Assembly (NCBI RefSeq): GCF_006345805.1
Contig: NC_043020.1
Coordinates: 2,294,001 to 2,358,000, forward strand
Length of the DNA stretch: 64,000 nucleotides
Reading direction: 5' to 3'
Origin: Octopus sinensis
Lineage: Eukaryota
Position numbers and translations under genes: made by a program
Shown: positions 42,359 through 55,136 of the stretch, piece by piece
How the letters are laid out: every line of letters starts with the position of its first letter
How positions within the stretch are numbered: the stretch's first letter is position 1
The notes under the pieces: generated by a model
Seen by the model: only the letters and a program-made list of their open reading frames with translations
The model's database searches: none
Told to the model about the DNA's origin: nothing

Positions 42359-42940
42359 TATGATCAGCATTTTAAGGGAATGGGATCAGTTAATGCTATC
42401 AACCCCAATACTTTACTGATACTTTATTGACATTAAAAAGATGGAAGGCAATACTGACCTTGGCAGGATTTGAACTCAGAATGTAAAGACCCAGAAGGAA
42501 TGGCAGCAAGCATTTTGTTCAATACTCTAAGGTTCTGGCAGTTATTCAACACGACTACCATATCAAATATATCATGTCAAAATGCAACACAAACCATATC
42601 ATTTACATGACAAAGCAAAGCTAATTAAAATCTGCCCTTTACTCATAAGATGAGGAATCATCCATGGAGATTCACCATCCTCTCCACTCTCCTCTCCAGC
42701 TCTGACCACCATTGAAAGAAGCCACCAATGGCTATAAATACTACGAACAAACTATAAACCATCTCCTTTAAATGCATGACATAAAAATATTTAAAAGAGA
42801 CAGTATCGACTTTCAAAATGTACTAAAAATTGTTCATAAAGTTAACCAGGACATAAAGATGTGTGGAGGGTTAGACAAACATACATGAAGGGGATTATTA
42901 GCTGGAAGTAGGGACACTAAATTAGAGAGAGAGAGAGAAT

Positions 42941-42986
<46 letters not shown>

Positions 42987-43589
42987 GAGGTACTGGAATC
43001 AAAAGCTTAGAACAGAAGCAACCGTATTTAGGAAGAGATGAAAATGATAGGATATGACTCAATACTAGAAATAAAATAATAGGTATAAATACACCAGTTA
43101 TTAGAGTGATAAACTTTAGCATAACATATTTAGGAAGCGATAAAACTGGTGAATATACAACACAAAGAACTAAAGAGGGAAATTGGGAAACAGTATAACA
43201 GAAGAATTGGACTAGCACTGGAAATGTAAGTCAGAAAATAAAATAATGCAGTTGTGTGGTGGGAGGCTTGCTTTCCAGCCACATGGCTCTGGGTAAGTGT
43301 TATCTGCTGTAGCCTCGAGCCAACCAAAGCTTTGTGAGTAGATTTGGTAGACAGAAACTGAAAGAAGCTCATCGTGTGTGTGTGTATATATATATATGTA
43401 TACATATATAGACAGATTGATAGATAGATAGATAGATAGATATGTATGTATTTATATATATATATATATATATATATGAATATGTGAAGGTGCATGGCTC
43501 AGTGGTCAGGCTTCTTTCAGTTTCTTTCTACCAAATCTACTTACAAGGCTTTGGTGGTCCCAAAGCGAGATTAGAAGACATTTGCCAAA

Positions 43590-43922
43590 GGATGTGGGCT
43601 GTTCCTAGCAGGGCTACTTTTTGGAACGTGTGTAGTGTAGAGAATGCAGGTAAAGCTTCTACACTTTTTGGGGTTTTTTTCTTTTTTAATCATGCCCAAT
43701 GTTCCAATTATTACTGGTGTCTTTTTCACTTTCATGTTCCACATCTTGAATACTTTATTCCAATCCTTGACTATTATGTCTGGACGACTAGCTTTTATTT
43801 CTTTGTCAGTTTGAACAGGTATATCGCAGATGACTGTGGCCTGGTCGTTGTCTTGTACCTGGTTTGGCACATGTTTATACCATTTACAGTCAGTTTTTAT
43901 GTCGTTGTGTTGGAATATTGTC
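43590..43922 (-). pseudogene. R4/Dong-like LINE endonuclease fragment
   Basis: DIPVQTDKEIKASRPDIIVKD ... PVIIGTLGMIKK. Confidence 0.7.
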
Positions 43923-43924
43923 TA

Positions 43925-44123
43925 CAGGCAGCAAGATGGCAGAATTGGTAACATGCCAGACAAAATACTTTGCATTTTGTTCATTTTTTTTTTTTACAGT
44001 CTGAGTTCAAATTTCAATGAAGTCAACTTTGCTCTTCATCATTTTGGGGTCAAGTACCACTCAAGCACTGGGGTCAATGTAACATCTCACAAAATTTCAG
44101 TCCTTGTGGCCATAGTCAAAAGG

Positions 44124-44170
<47 letters not shown>

Positions 44171-44407
44171 GGTAGGGAGCTGGCAGAATCATTAGCACAC
44201 CAAGTGAAATACTTAGTGATATTCTGTCCAGTTTTGCATTCTGAGTTCAAATCCCACTGGGGTTGACTTTGCTTTTCATCCTTTCAGGGTTAATAAAATA
44301 AGTACTAGATGAGTACTGAAGTCAACATATTCGTCTTACCCCCTCCTTCAAATTGCTGGCCTGATGCCAAAATTCGAAACCATTATAATCATCATTAGTA
44401 TTATTAT

Positions 44408-44444
<37 letters not shown>

Positions 44445-44470
44445 CATAGTAGTAGTAGTAGTAGTAGTAG

Positions 44471-44506
<36 letters not shown>

Positions 44507-44729
44507 GGCGACAAGCCGACAGGATTGTTAGCAGAGCAGACAAAATGTCCAGCAGTATTTTTACCCATCTCTACAGCCTGAGTTCAAATTTCAATGAGGT
44601 CACCTTTGCTTTTCATTTTTCCAGGGTTGACAGAAGTAAGTACCAGTCAAGAAGTTCCGGTGATGTAATCAACTTAGCCCCCTCCCCTCAAAAACCAACA
44701 GTCCTCTGCCAAAATTTGGAACCAATATT

Positions 44730-44773
<44 letters not shown>

Positions 44774-44820
44774 CATTATTATTATCATTATTATTATCAT
44801 TATCATTATTATTATTATGG
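43925..44820 (+). mobile_element. Chain of three SINE family B copies separated by (ATT)n/(AGT)n
   Basis: Heads at ~43926, ~44169 and ~44506, each followed by ctgagttcaaat core and a trinucleotide tail. Confidence 0.7.
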
Positions 44821-45889
44821 TAATATTCAAGAAATCATTATTGAAAAATATAAACAATATTAAATAAAGATGGAAATCATTAATACTGCAGCTGCTGTTG
44901 TTGTTGTTGTTGTTACTATTGTTGTTGTTGTTGCTGTTGTATTACATTGCATTATCGCATTGTATTATCACATTATCGTGAGCTAACTGATCATTTTAGA
45001 GATTATTGTTGTTTGTTAATGTTTATTTGTTCTTGTTGCGGTGATGGTGGTGGTGGTGGTTGTGGTGGTGGTTGTGGTGGTGTGGTGGTGGTGGTGGTGG
45101 TTGTGGTGGTGGTTGTGGTGGTGGTGGTGGTGGTCGTCGTCGTCGTCGTCGTCGTCATCATCATGACAATATTAGAGGTGATAATTGTGGTGAGGGTGTT
45201 GGTGATGATAGTAATGGTGATTTTAGTAGTAGTAGTAGTAGTGGTGGTGGTGGTGGTGATGGTGGTGGTGGTGATGGTGGTGGTGGTTATGGTGGTGGTG
45301 GTGGTAGTAGTAGTTGTTGTGGTGGTGGCGGTGGTGGTGATAGTAGTAGTAGTAATGGAGGTGGTAGTGACGGTGGTGGTGGTGGTGGTGGTGGTGGTGG
45401 TGGTGGTGGTGGTGGTGGTGCTGCTGCTGGTGGTGCTGGTGGAGATGGTAGTACTGGCTGTTGTTTTTGTTGGTGTTTTGGTGGTAGTTGTGGTGGTGGT
45501 GTGTGTTGGTAGTAGTGGTGATAGTTGCTATGGGGGTGGAGGTAGACGAGGTGGACGATGTAGAATTAGTTGTAGTGGTGGTGGTGGTCATGGCAGTGGC
45601 AATGGCATTATATTATTTTTGGTGGAAGGTGAAGCGAGGGGTGAGTGGCAGGGGTGGGTTTGTTGATGAAATGTTTTTGTATATTGACTTTTGTTATTTT
45701 ACTACCACTAACCTACCAACCAGCCAACCATTATGTTCTTCCCTGCCCCACCCTCTTTCTGATTTAATTCTTAGAGAGATGTGGGGAGAGGAAAGTGAAG
45801 GAGAGATGGATAGAGAGAGAGAGAAATAGAGAGAGAGAGACTGTAAGAAAAGAGAGAGGTGACTCTGACAGAAAGGGAGATAGTGAGAA

Positions 45890-46300
45890 TGAGAGAGAGT
45901 TTGAGAGAGAGAGAGAGAGTTTGTGAGAGGGAGAGTTTGAGAGAGAGAGAGTTTGAGAGACAAGGAGTTTGTGACAGAGAGAGTTTGAGAGAGAGAGAGT
46001 TTGTGAGAGAGAGAGTTTGTGAGAGGGAGAGTTTGATAGAGAGAGAGTTTGAGAGACAGGGAGTTTGTGACAGAGAGAGTTTGAGAGAGAGAGAGTTTGT
46101 GAGAGGGAGAGTTTGAGAGAGAGAGAGTTTGAGAGACAGATAGGTTGTGACAGAGAGAGTTTGAGAGAGAGAGAGTTTGTGAGAGAGAGAGTTTGTGAGA
46201 GGGAGAGTTTGAGAGAGAGAGAGTTTGAGAGACAGGGAGTTTGTGACAGAGAGAGTTTGAGAGAGAGTTTGTGAGAGAGAGAGTTTGTGAGAGGGAGAGA
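45890..46300. repeat. (GA)n-derived minisatellite with 14-16 bp units and a higher-order period
   Basis: Units ending in gttt (gagagagagagttt, gtgagagggagagttt, gagagacagggagttt, gtgacagagagagttt) cycle repeatedly. Confidence 0.85.
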
Positions 46301-47573
46301 GACATACAGACAGACAGACAGAGACAGATAAACACGATTGTTGGGAGAGATGTAAAATTAGATAAACAATGAAGGGGAATAAAGAGAAAGGGGGAGGAGA
46401 GGGAGGGATGTAGAGGTAGAGAGAGAGTGAGGAGAAATAGGAGAAAGACGAAATGGAAGAGAGAAAGAAAAAGGGGATGGAGTGAGGGAGGGAAAGGGAG
46501 GAATGTGTGGGGGGTTCTTCACAGTTTCATGTCTGTGAGAGATTGTAAGATCATAACACTTGCAGAAGTGTGAAGAAATTGTGTCATGTCAGGAAACTGT
46601 GGCGAGCAATGAGAGCAGAGGCCATGGGTGGAGTGGAAAGTCGAGCTGTGGAGGACGAGGGTAGGGTTTGAACTCTCTACCTCGCCACACCACTTTGCAG
46701 GAACAGATTACCAGATCTGCTTACGTAAAAGATGCGCAGGCATGGGAGACACCTTCAGCACTTTCTGCGGCACAGGTGCAGCGGAAGGAAAGATTTTAGT
46801 GCATTAATCCGTTAACATCCGGATTATGCTGTTGGATGCAATGCTTCTTTCTTCACATGTAGCACGAAGTTTTGTCACTCAACAGGTCGCGGTCTCAAAG
46901 CGACGAAAATATTTTGACAAATTAAATTTAAAGGTTGAAATGAATCGCACAGTTTTTGTGTGTTTCTTAAATGGCTTATAAATACCTTCCACGCTGCAAT
47001 TGTTTTCGTTCCAGCACACGATCTCAGATCGGGTCACTTGCTATGCAAGTACATCTCCGTAACTTTATTCACATTGTTTCAAATTAATCATGCATTGTCT
47101 TGCAGCTTCGAGATTTCAATGATGGGTTTGTTTATTTTAAGAATGACATTGCTGGGTAGACGTGAGAGGCCAGATCTGTCCACTTTGATCAGGTAGTTTG
47201 ACGGGTAGAATATTTCGACTGGATATGGCTAGTTTAAATGCTACAGGGTTAATACATCAAAAAGAGTAAAGATGGCACTTATTCGGTCATGTGATATAGA
47301 CAGATACTAACAGTGGACCAAGCTGCCTGGTACCTTGCTATACTCAAAAAGACCCATCCTCAACAGCAGTGTGTTGAGGCCACACATCCCAGGGGAAGAG
47401 GATTGAGCTGCAAGAGTTCAATGTGCCAGCGACACATGAAAAGTGGTTAGCATTAGAAAGGGCACCAAGCAGTAGAAACCAAATCAAATCGGACTCAAGC
47501 CTCACACAGCTTTCCAGTTTACCAGCTGTGGTCAAATCATTCAACCCATACCGTAACAGAAAACAGATGTTAA

Positions 47574-47793
47574 CCCTTTCGTTACCGTATTTATTTTGAG
47601 ATGCTCTGTGTTTCTTTCAATTAATTTTAAATATAAAAAGAATTTGGTAAAATAACTTAGTTATCATTAGCTAGTGTTTGGAACATAAATTGTGACTAAG
47701 GTTTGGTGGAAGATTTTAAATAAAATCTTATGAAAACAAGACATTTGTACTACAGAACCAGAGCCAGTTTCAGCCGAGTTGGTAATGAAAGGG
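47574..47793. mobile_element. piggyBac-like MITE (TTAA TSD)
   Basis: TTAA|CCCTTTCGTTACC ... GGTAATGAAAGGG|TTAA. Confidence 0.85.
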
Positions 47794-49634
47794 TTAAAGG
47801 ATATGATGATGATGATGATGATGATGGTGATGGTGATGATAGGCTCAACTTCAAATACAGAACACAGGATTTTGGAAAATATGCATGTCTTATAATGCTA
47901 TGAAATATGGTACTTAATAAACTTCATTTAAATTATTGTTAGCTTATTAACGCCTTGCATTATCTTGTCAGACACAGATACTACTGACCAACCACTTGCA
48001 AAAGAGCAAAAGTACTGACAGTCAGCCTGTGATGTCATATTAAAGGGTGACAGGAGCATAAAATAGAAAAAAAAACTGTTTATGGATTGGTTGTGATAGA
48101 TTGTTTGAGGCGCAAATGAAGGATTGGAGTTGAGAGGGTTAAAATATGAAAGTAATTGACCCCTTTGGATGTGGACTCACACCAAACTATCCCTGGTCCC
48201 AAGGATACAAAGCTGACCCCTTTATGTTTAAAGCTTCCAACAAAATTATATATAAGAACTTGATACAAAGACTGCATAACTTAGAACTATAACACTAGGT
48301 ACAAATACTAATTAATTCATCACAGGCATTGCTTCCCAACCACATGGTTCTGGGTTCAGTCCCACTGCATGCAATCTTTGGCAAATGTCTTCTACTCTCG
48401 CTTTGGGCCCACCAAAGCCTTGTAAGTAGATTTGGTAGAAAGAGACTGAAAGAAGCCTGTCACACGCACACACACACACACTTGCATAATCATATAATTG
48501 TCTGTTGATATTTTTACACAGTAGTGATGTTGAGAACGATGGTGATGATTGTGATGCAGCAGCTACTACTACTACTAGTACTACTACTACTGCTGTTAGC
48601 AGCAGCGGCAGCTGTAGCAGCAACAGTAAGTATCAGTATGTTACGACTTGATGCCATTATCCCAATTCTGGGATGACACAAAAAGCATGAGCTTTAAGGA
48701 AATTAGATGAGGAAGGGGAGGAGGAGGAGAGGGGTCCAGGAAACAGCAATGAGTATGGGCATAATGCAAAGACAAGGATGTGAAAGAAAGAAAGAAAGAA
48801 AAAAAAAAAGAAAGAAAGAAAGAAAGAAAAGAAAGAAAGAAAAAAAGAAAGAAAGAAAAAAAGAAGGGAACAACGAAAGATTGTAAGAAAAAGAAAGAAA
48901 GAATGAAAGAAAGAAAAAGAGAAAGAAAGAAGGGAAGAAGGAAAGAAAAAAAAAGCAAAAGAAAAGAAAGAAGGAAAAGAAAAGAAAGAAGGGGAAATGA
49001 AGCAAGAGAGGGAGAGGAGGCAAGAAAGAAAGAAGGGAAGAAAAAGAACGAAAGAAAGAAAAGAAAAGAAGAAAATATAATATTAATTTATATAATATTG
49101 AAAGAAAAAAGTTGCTCTGACCATTCTCATGGAATAGAAATATAGGAAAATAGGAAATGGTGAAAAGAATTTCTTGAAAAATAATAAACTCATAGCTTGG
49201 AATAACTGGAAAATATTGAATAGACACATACCGTAAAAACCCATGTAATATGTGCACCTGTGTAATTTGCGCAGGTGATTTTCAGGATAAAATTTGTTAA
49301 AAAAAAGCTTCTACACGTGTAAAATTCACATCTAAAAGTTTTGAGAATTGCCGATATGGCCAGGGGAAAAAGATTTCCAATTTAGTGGTATTTAGCATAA
49401 TTTCGTTTACTTCATCATCATCATCATCATCATGAAGTAAGTGAAGTTATGCTAAATAACTTATGATTAGATTTTATTAAATTTTCATTAAATAAAAATC
49501 ATTTCTGTTTAACAGGTATCACATTGAAAGCTATTAAATTACAAAGTGTTTGTGTTGTTTATGATAAACTTTATTTTACATTTCTTGCCCACGAGAGATT
49601 ATGTCCGATCTTTAGCGTACTTCTGTTTGTCTTC

Positions 49635-49880
49635 TCAAAGCACCAACCGATCGTAGCCGTTGCCAGCCTCAACTGGCACCTGTGCCGGTGGCATATAAAA
49701 GCACCCACTACACTCACGGGGGGGTTGGCATTAGGAAGGGCATCCAGCTGTAGAAACACTGCCAGATCAAGATTGGAGTCTGGTGCAGCCTCTGGCTTCC
49801 CAGACCCTGGTTGAACCATCCAACCCATGCTAGCATGGAAAGCAGATGTTAAACGATGATGATGATTGATGATGATGATG
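49635..49880 (+). mobile_element. Repeat family C copy (a second diverged copy follows to ~50230)
   Basis: Same consensus, with (GAT)n tail. Confidence 0.7.
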
Positions 49881-51281
49881 ACACTCCATAATCACAGGAA
49901 AGAACACACATTTGATAACGTGGTTCTGGTTCAATCCCATCAATACTCCTCCCCATTCCAGTCAAAGGGTCTTTGTCTTGAAAGTTACTTAGCAACCGTG
50001 CTGGTGCCACATAAGAGAGCACTCAATACATTCTGTAAGGTGCTCAACATTAGGAAGGACGTCCAACTATAGGAACCACGCCACAACAGACAACTGGAGC
50101 CTGGAGCAGCCCTCTGGCTTAGCAGCCCCTGTCACACCATTCCACCCATGCCAGCATGGAAGATGGACATTAAATGATGATGACGACGATGATGTTGATG
50201 ATGATGGTGATGAGGATGATGATGATGACCTAGTACAACAGCCACAATAACAAAACTATAATGACAACTACAACAGTGTCACACCCGCAAGAACACTACC
50301 ACACCTACGACAACAACAACAACATCATCAATAACCACAACAACTACAACCTTGACAACAATCTGCACATTGACAGATATTGAACAGAAATAAAACGTCT
50401 GAAACTAACAAAGAAATCAACAAAGCAATATAAAATAAAAACAAAACAAATATGTAGAATAAAAATCTAAATTAAGCAAAAAAGTGATTAAATGGAGATA
50501 ATTAAGGCCGAGAGACTAATTAGTAACTGTTAGCGATGAAGCAGACGGTGACTAACACTTTGATGGATCGTCTTATGTATAGGACTTTAGTGGTTTTGTC
50601 TTTCTATAGTGGTTGTTTTGTGGTTATTGTTGTAGTAGTAGTGGTGGTGGTGGTGGTAGTAATAGTGGTAGTAGTAGTGGTAGTAGTAGTAGTAGTGATG
50701 GTGGTAGTAGTAGTTTTAGTAGTAGTGGTAGTAGTAGTAGTAGTAGTGGTGGTGGTGGTAGTAGTGGTGGTGGTGGTGGTGGTGGTGGTGGTGGTGGTGG
50801 TGGTGGCGGTAGCAGTAGTAGTAGTAGTAGTGGTGGTGGTGGTAGTAGTAGTAGTAGTAGTTGTTATTGGTGGTGGTGGTGGTGGTGGTGGCAGTGCTGT
50901 TCTTATATAGCCCTTGGTTACTCCTAGTAGAGCAGCCCCATAGCACAGCACAGAGGTCATGGTTGTCAGCCCTGAGAGAGAGCAGTCTTACAGAGGAACA
51001 CAGGTAGCCGTTGATGGTGCAGGTGTGCCACTCCATGTCAGTTATGATAGAGCAACATTATACAATTATACAATTGGTTGTGTTCGTGATCCCTAAGTTG
51101 CTGGAGGATCAGTTCTACAGCACAGAGAGGTCATCAGTTGAATGACAACATATGGACAACCCTTATGCTAGAGGTAGATCCGCTATGGCCTTACCACTAA
51201 GAAATAGTCTCAAGAAAAATTTAGCAAACACCAGAACGTAAGCGAGCAAGACAAATGAAAAGCAACAAAAATACAGATTAT

Positions 51282-51354
51282 TCACATACATGTTTCACTA
51301 TTAACAGCTTGCGTAATTTTACTTAGGCAATTTGTCCGTAGATCTTCAGTGTGA
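51282..51354 (-). ncRNA. Type I hammerhead ribozyme motif with long helix II
   Basis: Minus strand reads TCACA-CTGAAGA-tCTA...TAGt-GAAA-CATG-TA-TGTGA. 5-bp helix I, palindromic ACATGT helix III; the first helix II pair is mismatched. Confidence 0.6.
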
Positions 51355-51695
51355 CTGTCCACACAAATATAATTTGCAGAACTATATATTAGGACGTCTG
51401 CACAAAGTTGGACCTGTATATAGTTCTACCTATAACACATATGGCTAATTTTCAAATGTCTTCGTTTTGGTGCGCTAAATTGCCAGAAAATGATACTGCA
51501 GAAATTAATTTACTGCAGTGGCTTTTGCCGGTTAGAGAATGTATTAATTTAAATTTAAATTTAAAATGAGGGTGAACCTTCATACTTTTATATGCTAGAC
51601 CACTGGTGTGAAATTGATGTTAATTAAATTAATATCCAATTTCTCACCTTTAAATTTATACATATATATACTTTATTTAAAAGCAGCAGAAATTC

Positions 51696-51748
51696 AACAA
51701 AACCTGTTACTCAGAGTTTCACGTTCCCGTTCGTCGGACAGTTTTGTT
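51696..51748 (-). ncRNA. Type I hammerhead-like motif, CCGA core variant
   Basis: Minus strand reads AACAAAAC-TGT-CCGACGA-ACG-ggaa-CGT-GAAA-CTC-T-GAG-TA-ACA-g-GTTTTGTT. Confidence 0.6.
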
Positions 51749-52049
51749 AAAATTTTTGTTAAAATAAAGCATATTACTCTACCCCTGGTATTTGAGTACT
51801 CTTTTTTTCCACCTTGTTTCACATTTATGTGTTTACTGCGGTATATATATTTATATATATATATATATATACATACACAACAGACTTCTTTCGGTTTCCG
51901 CCGACCAAATCCACTCACAAGGCTTTGGAAGCCCTGAGTTATAGTAGAAGACACTTGTCCAACACGCCACACAGTGGGATTGAATTAAGAACCACAAGGT
52001 TAGGAAGCAAGCTTCTTAACACACAGCCACACCTAGTATGTGTGTGTGT

Positions 52050-52108
<59 letters not shown>

Positions 52109-52176
52109 AAAGGGTTGAGAGGAGAGAGAGAAGAGGCGGATATCTTCAGTTCAGGTAGAGTATTCGAAAGGCTCAC

Positions 52177-52261
52177 CTTGTCTTTTGAGTTCTTCATGTG
52201 CCACTGCAGGGTGAAGGAGCTCCACATCATAATTTGCAGAAGAGCTGGCATTTTGTTCTTC
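52177..52261 (-). CDS. INTS13: INTS13/asunder internal exon (EEQNASSSANYDVELLHPAVAHEELKRQ-G), 85 bp
   Basis: Minus-strand acceptor tttctttctaaaacag|GAAGAA and donor CAAG|gtgagc. Peptide matches recalled human INTS13 EEQHANTSANYDVELLHHKDAH. Phase 0 in, phase 1 out. Confidence 0.93.
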
Positions 52262-52613
52262 CTGTTTTAGAAAGAAACAGAGAAAAATGAATAAATAAAC
52301 TGAAGAGGAGGAGATAGAGGTGAAAGGGAGTGAAATAAAAAGAAGGAACGAAAACACAAGAGGAGGAGGGGTGGAGGAGGAGGAGGAGGAAAGGTAAGAA
52401 ATAGATACATAAAACTCTTCAAGGCAGTGCCCCAGCATGGCCACTGTCAAATGACTGGAACAAGTAAAAGATAAAATAAAGATGTGTGTGTGTGGAGCAG
52501 GATTACACATATAGGAAATATTTGTCATAGAATATACATGTGTGTCTGGTTAACACCATAAACATATAAATGTAGTCTATAACATACAAACACACACACA
52601 TAAGCATCTGTAC

Positions 52614-52646
<33 letters not shown>

Positions 52647-53035
52647 ACAAGACTGGGTCTCAGACACACAAAAGCAGCCTTCAAAGTGTTGCGAGATCAC
52701 AAATCACTGAACGTTGCAAACGGTAACGAAAGAACTTTGATGAACAAACAAACCGTTTGACCGTTTAGCCAATACATTAAACAAAGATCGATTAGTTTGT
52801 CGGTTGGATACTTAACCATTTGACTAATAAGAAAGAAGTGGAACTGAACCAGTGCATGTGTCAGTATTATTATTTGGCATAATGACCCTCTCAAGACACA
52901 ACAAAATATTACTCGGTAGTCTTATTTTTATTACATGATTTCAAAGCATTAATCAGTGCGACTCTGTGTGCCATGGGTACGGGCTGTGATTTGTTTCAGT
53001 GCCATTATTTTCATTGTATTGAAAGTGCTTTATGT

Positions 53036-53443
53036 AGGCGCAGGAATGGCTGTGTGGTAAGTAGCTTGCTTATTAACCACATGGTTCCGGGTTCAGTCCC
53101 ACTGACTGGCACCTTGGGCAAGTGTTTTCTACTATAGCCTCGGGCCGACCAAAGCCTTGTGAGTGGATTTGGTAGACGGAAACTGAAAGAAGCCCGTCGT
53201 ATATATGTATATATATGTATGTGCATGTATGTTTGTGTGTCTGTGTTTGTCCCCTTAGCATTGCTTGACAACCGATGCTGGTGTGTTTATGTCACTGTAA
53301 CTTAGCGGTTCGGCAAAAGAGACCGATAGAATAAGTACTGGGCTTACAAAGAATAAGTCCCGGGGTCGAGTTGCTCGATTAAAGGCGGTGCACCAGCATG
53401 GCCGCAGTCAAATGACTGAAACAAGTAAAAGAGTAAAAGAGAG
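53036..53443 (+). mobile_element. SINE family A, full length, young-looking
   Basis: aggcgcaggaatggctgtgtggtaag ... caagtaaaagagtaaaagag; CpGs retained. Confidence 0.85.
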
Positions 53444-53449
53444 AAAGAG

Positions 53450-53800
53450 GATGTAAAAGAGGTGCCAAGCAGTGCGATTTTCTGTATGTTGTATATCTTC
53501 TTAAGTCCTGGTGTTTTATGTATTTGTCGATATGTCATTTAACCATGCCAAATCCACCCTGTCATGATAAGGATTATATCTTCACTTCAAGTCCCACATT
53601 CTGGTTATCTCTATTTCCAGATCTTTGTATTTCAAGAGTTTTTCCATTTCTTTTAGAGATACCTTGGGACTGATATGTCAATCACAAAGAATATATGTAT
53701 ATACAACTATGATGCTGTTAGTAAAACATGTTCCTTATCTTCTTGGAGATTTTGGGTACAATGATACTAATGTGTCCATCAGTTCTAATTTAATTAAATT
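53450..53800 (-). pseudogene. R4/Dong-like LINE 3' fragment
   Basis: KTPGLKKIYNIQKIALLGTS and upstream KYKDLEIEITRMWDL-like sequence. Confidence 0.6.
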
Positions 53801-53959
53801 CTATGTCTTTGTGCAACTGAAGATTGCTCTACATTTTAAATTGATATAATGAAATGATTGCATTGTTCAATTAAACGGAGTCGCATGAAACGATCGTGCT
53901 GCATTACCTCTGGATATCCTTGTTGCTTATTTTGATATATATATATATATATGTATAAC

Positions 53960-54084
53960 TGTGACAATTATTCGGTAGCCAAGATAAAACTCTGAGTTTC
54001 GGATGCCGAGGTGGAAATCCACACCACCATCTTTTCGGTTATCCGAAACTCAGAGTTTTATCTTGGCTACCGAATATTGTCACA
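53960..54084. repeat. ~45 bp inverted repeat with 36 bp spacer
   Basis: tgtgacaattattcggtagccaagataaaactctgagtttcggat / atccgaaactcagagttttatcttggctaccgaatattgtcaca. Confidence 0.9.
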
Positions 54085-54585
54085 TATTAATTTACAGATA
54101 AATTTCCTCTATTTACATAATATTGCGGTCTCTTTCTTTCTTTTGTTATCTTACTATTTTTACCTATATATATATATATATACCACACACATGTATACAC
54201 ACACAGTTATGTGTGAGTGTGCGCATGTGTGATGATGAGATTTTCCAGTTCCCATCTACAAAACTCTACTCACAAGATATGGGCCACACTGAGTGAACAG
54301 AGAAGAATGGCACAAGATGCCAAACCGGTGAACTCGACACAGAACCATACAAACTGAAGACAGAATTCTTAACTGCACATGAATGCCAACACCGATGTAT
54401 GTTTAATACAACACTAATTATATAAACACAGATTTTTATATAGGTCACGTGAGAATTGCTTGCATACATCTATATATATGTGTGTGTGTGTATATAAACA
54501 ATATGTGTGGGAGGTGTACAGGAAATTTTTGTCTTATATTAAAATACACGTATGCATAATACTAATAATAGTAATAATAATAATA

Positions 54586-54616
<31 letters not shown>

Positions 54617-54745
54617 CAAAGATAATAAAATATGCTTAGTATACATATTTAATATATATTATATTCACTACATATAAATGTGTGTGTATACATATATATT
54701 TGAATATATATATATAATATATCCGCACACACACACCACACCACA

Positions 54746-54805
<60 letters not shown>

Positions 54806-55105
54806 TATATATTACCACGGACACTCTCTCTCTCTCTCTCTCTCTCATATTACACATAATACAAGCATCAATATATATATATATATATACACACACATCT
54901 TTACGGGAGAGGTAAACCTATGAACAGGAAAATATACACGGTATGAAAACAATAATCATCAAATATATATGTGTATCTATCTATTTATATATGTATATAC
55001 ATATATACACTCAATATATAACTGTAAATGTATATATAAACCTATATATATATATATATATACATTCACACACATATACATACACACATACATATATATA
55101 CACAC

Positions 55106-55136
<31 letters not shown>

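Noticed and set aside
44947-45666. 239-aa poly-Val / Gly-rich ORFs (similarly 30738-31526, 32687-33394, 50536-50960)
   Set aside because: Trinucleotide microsatellites open in several frames; not protein-like.
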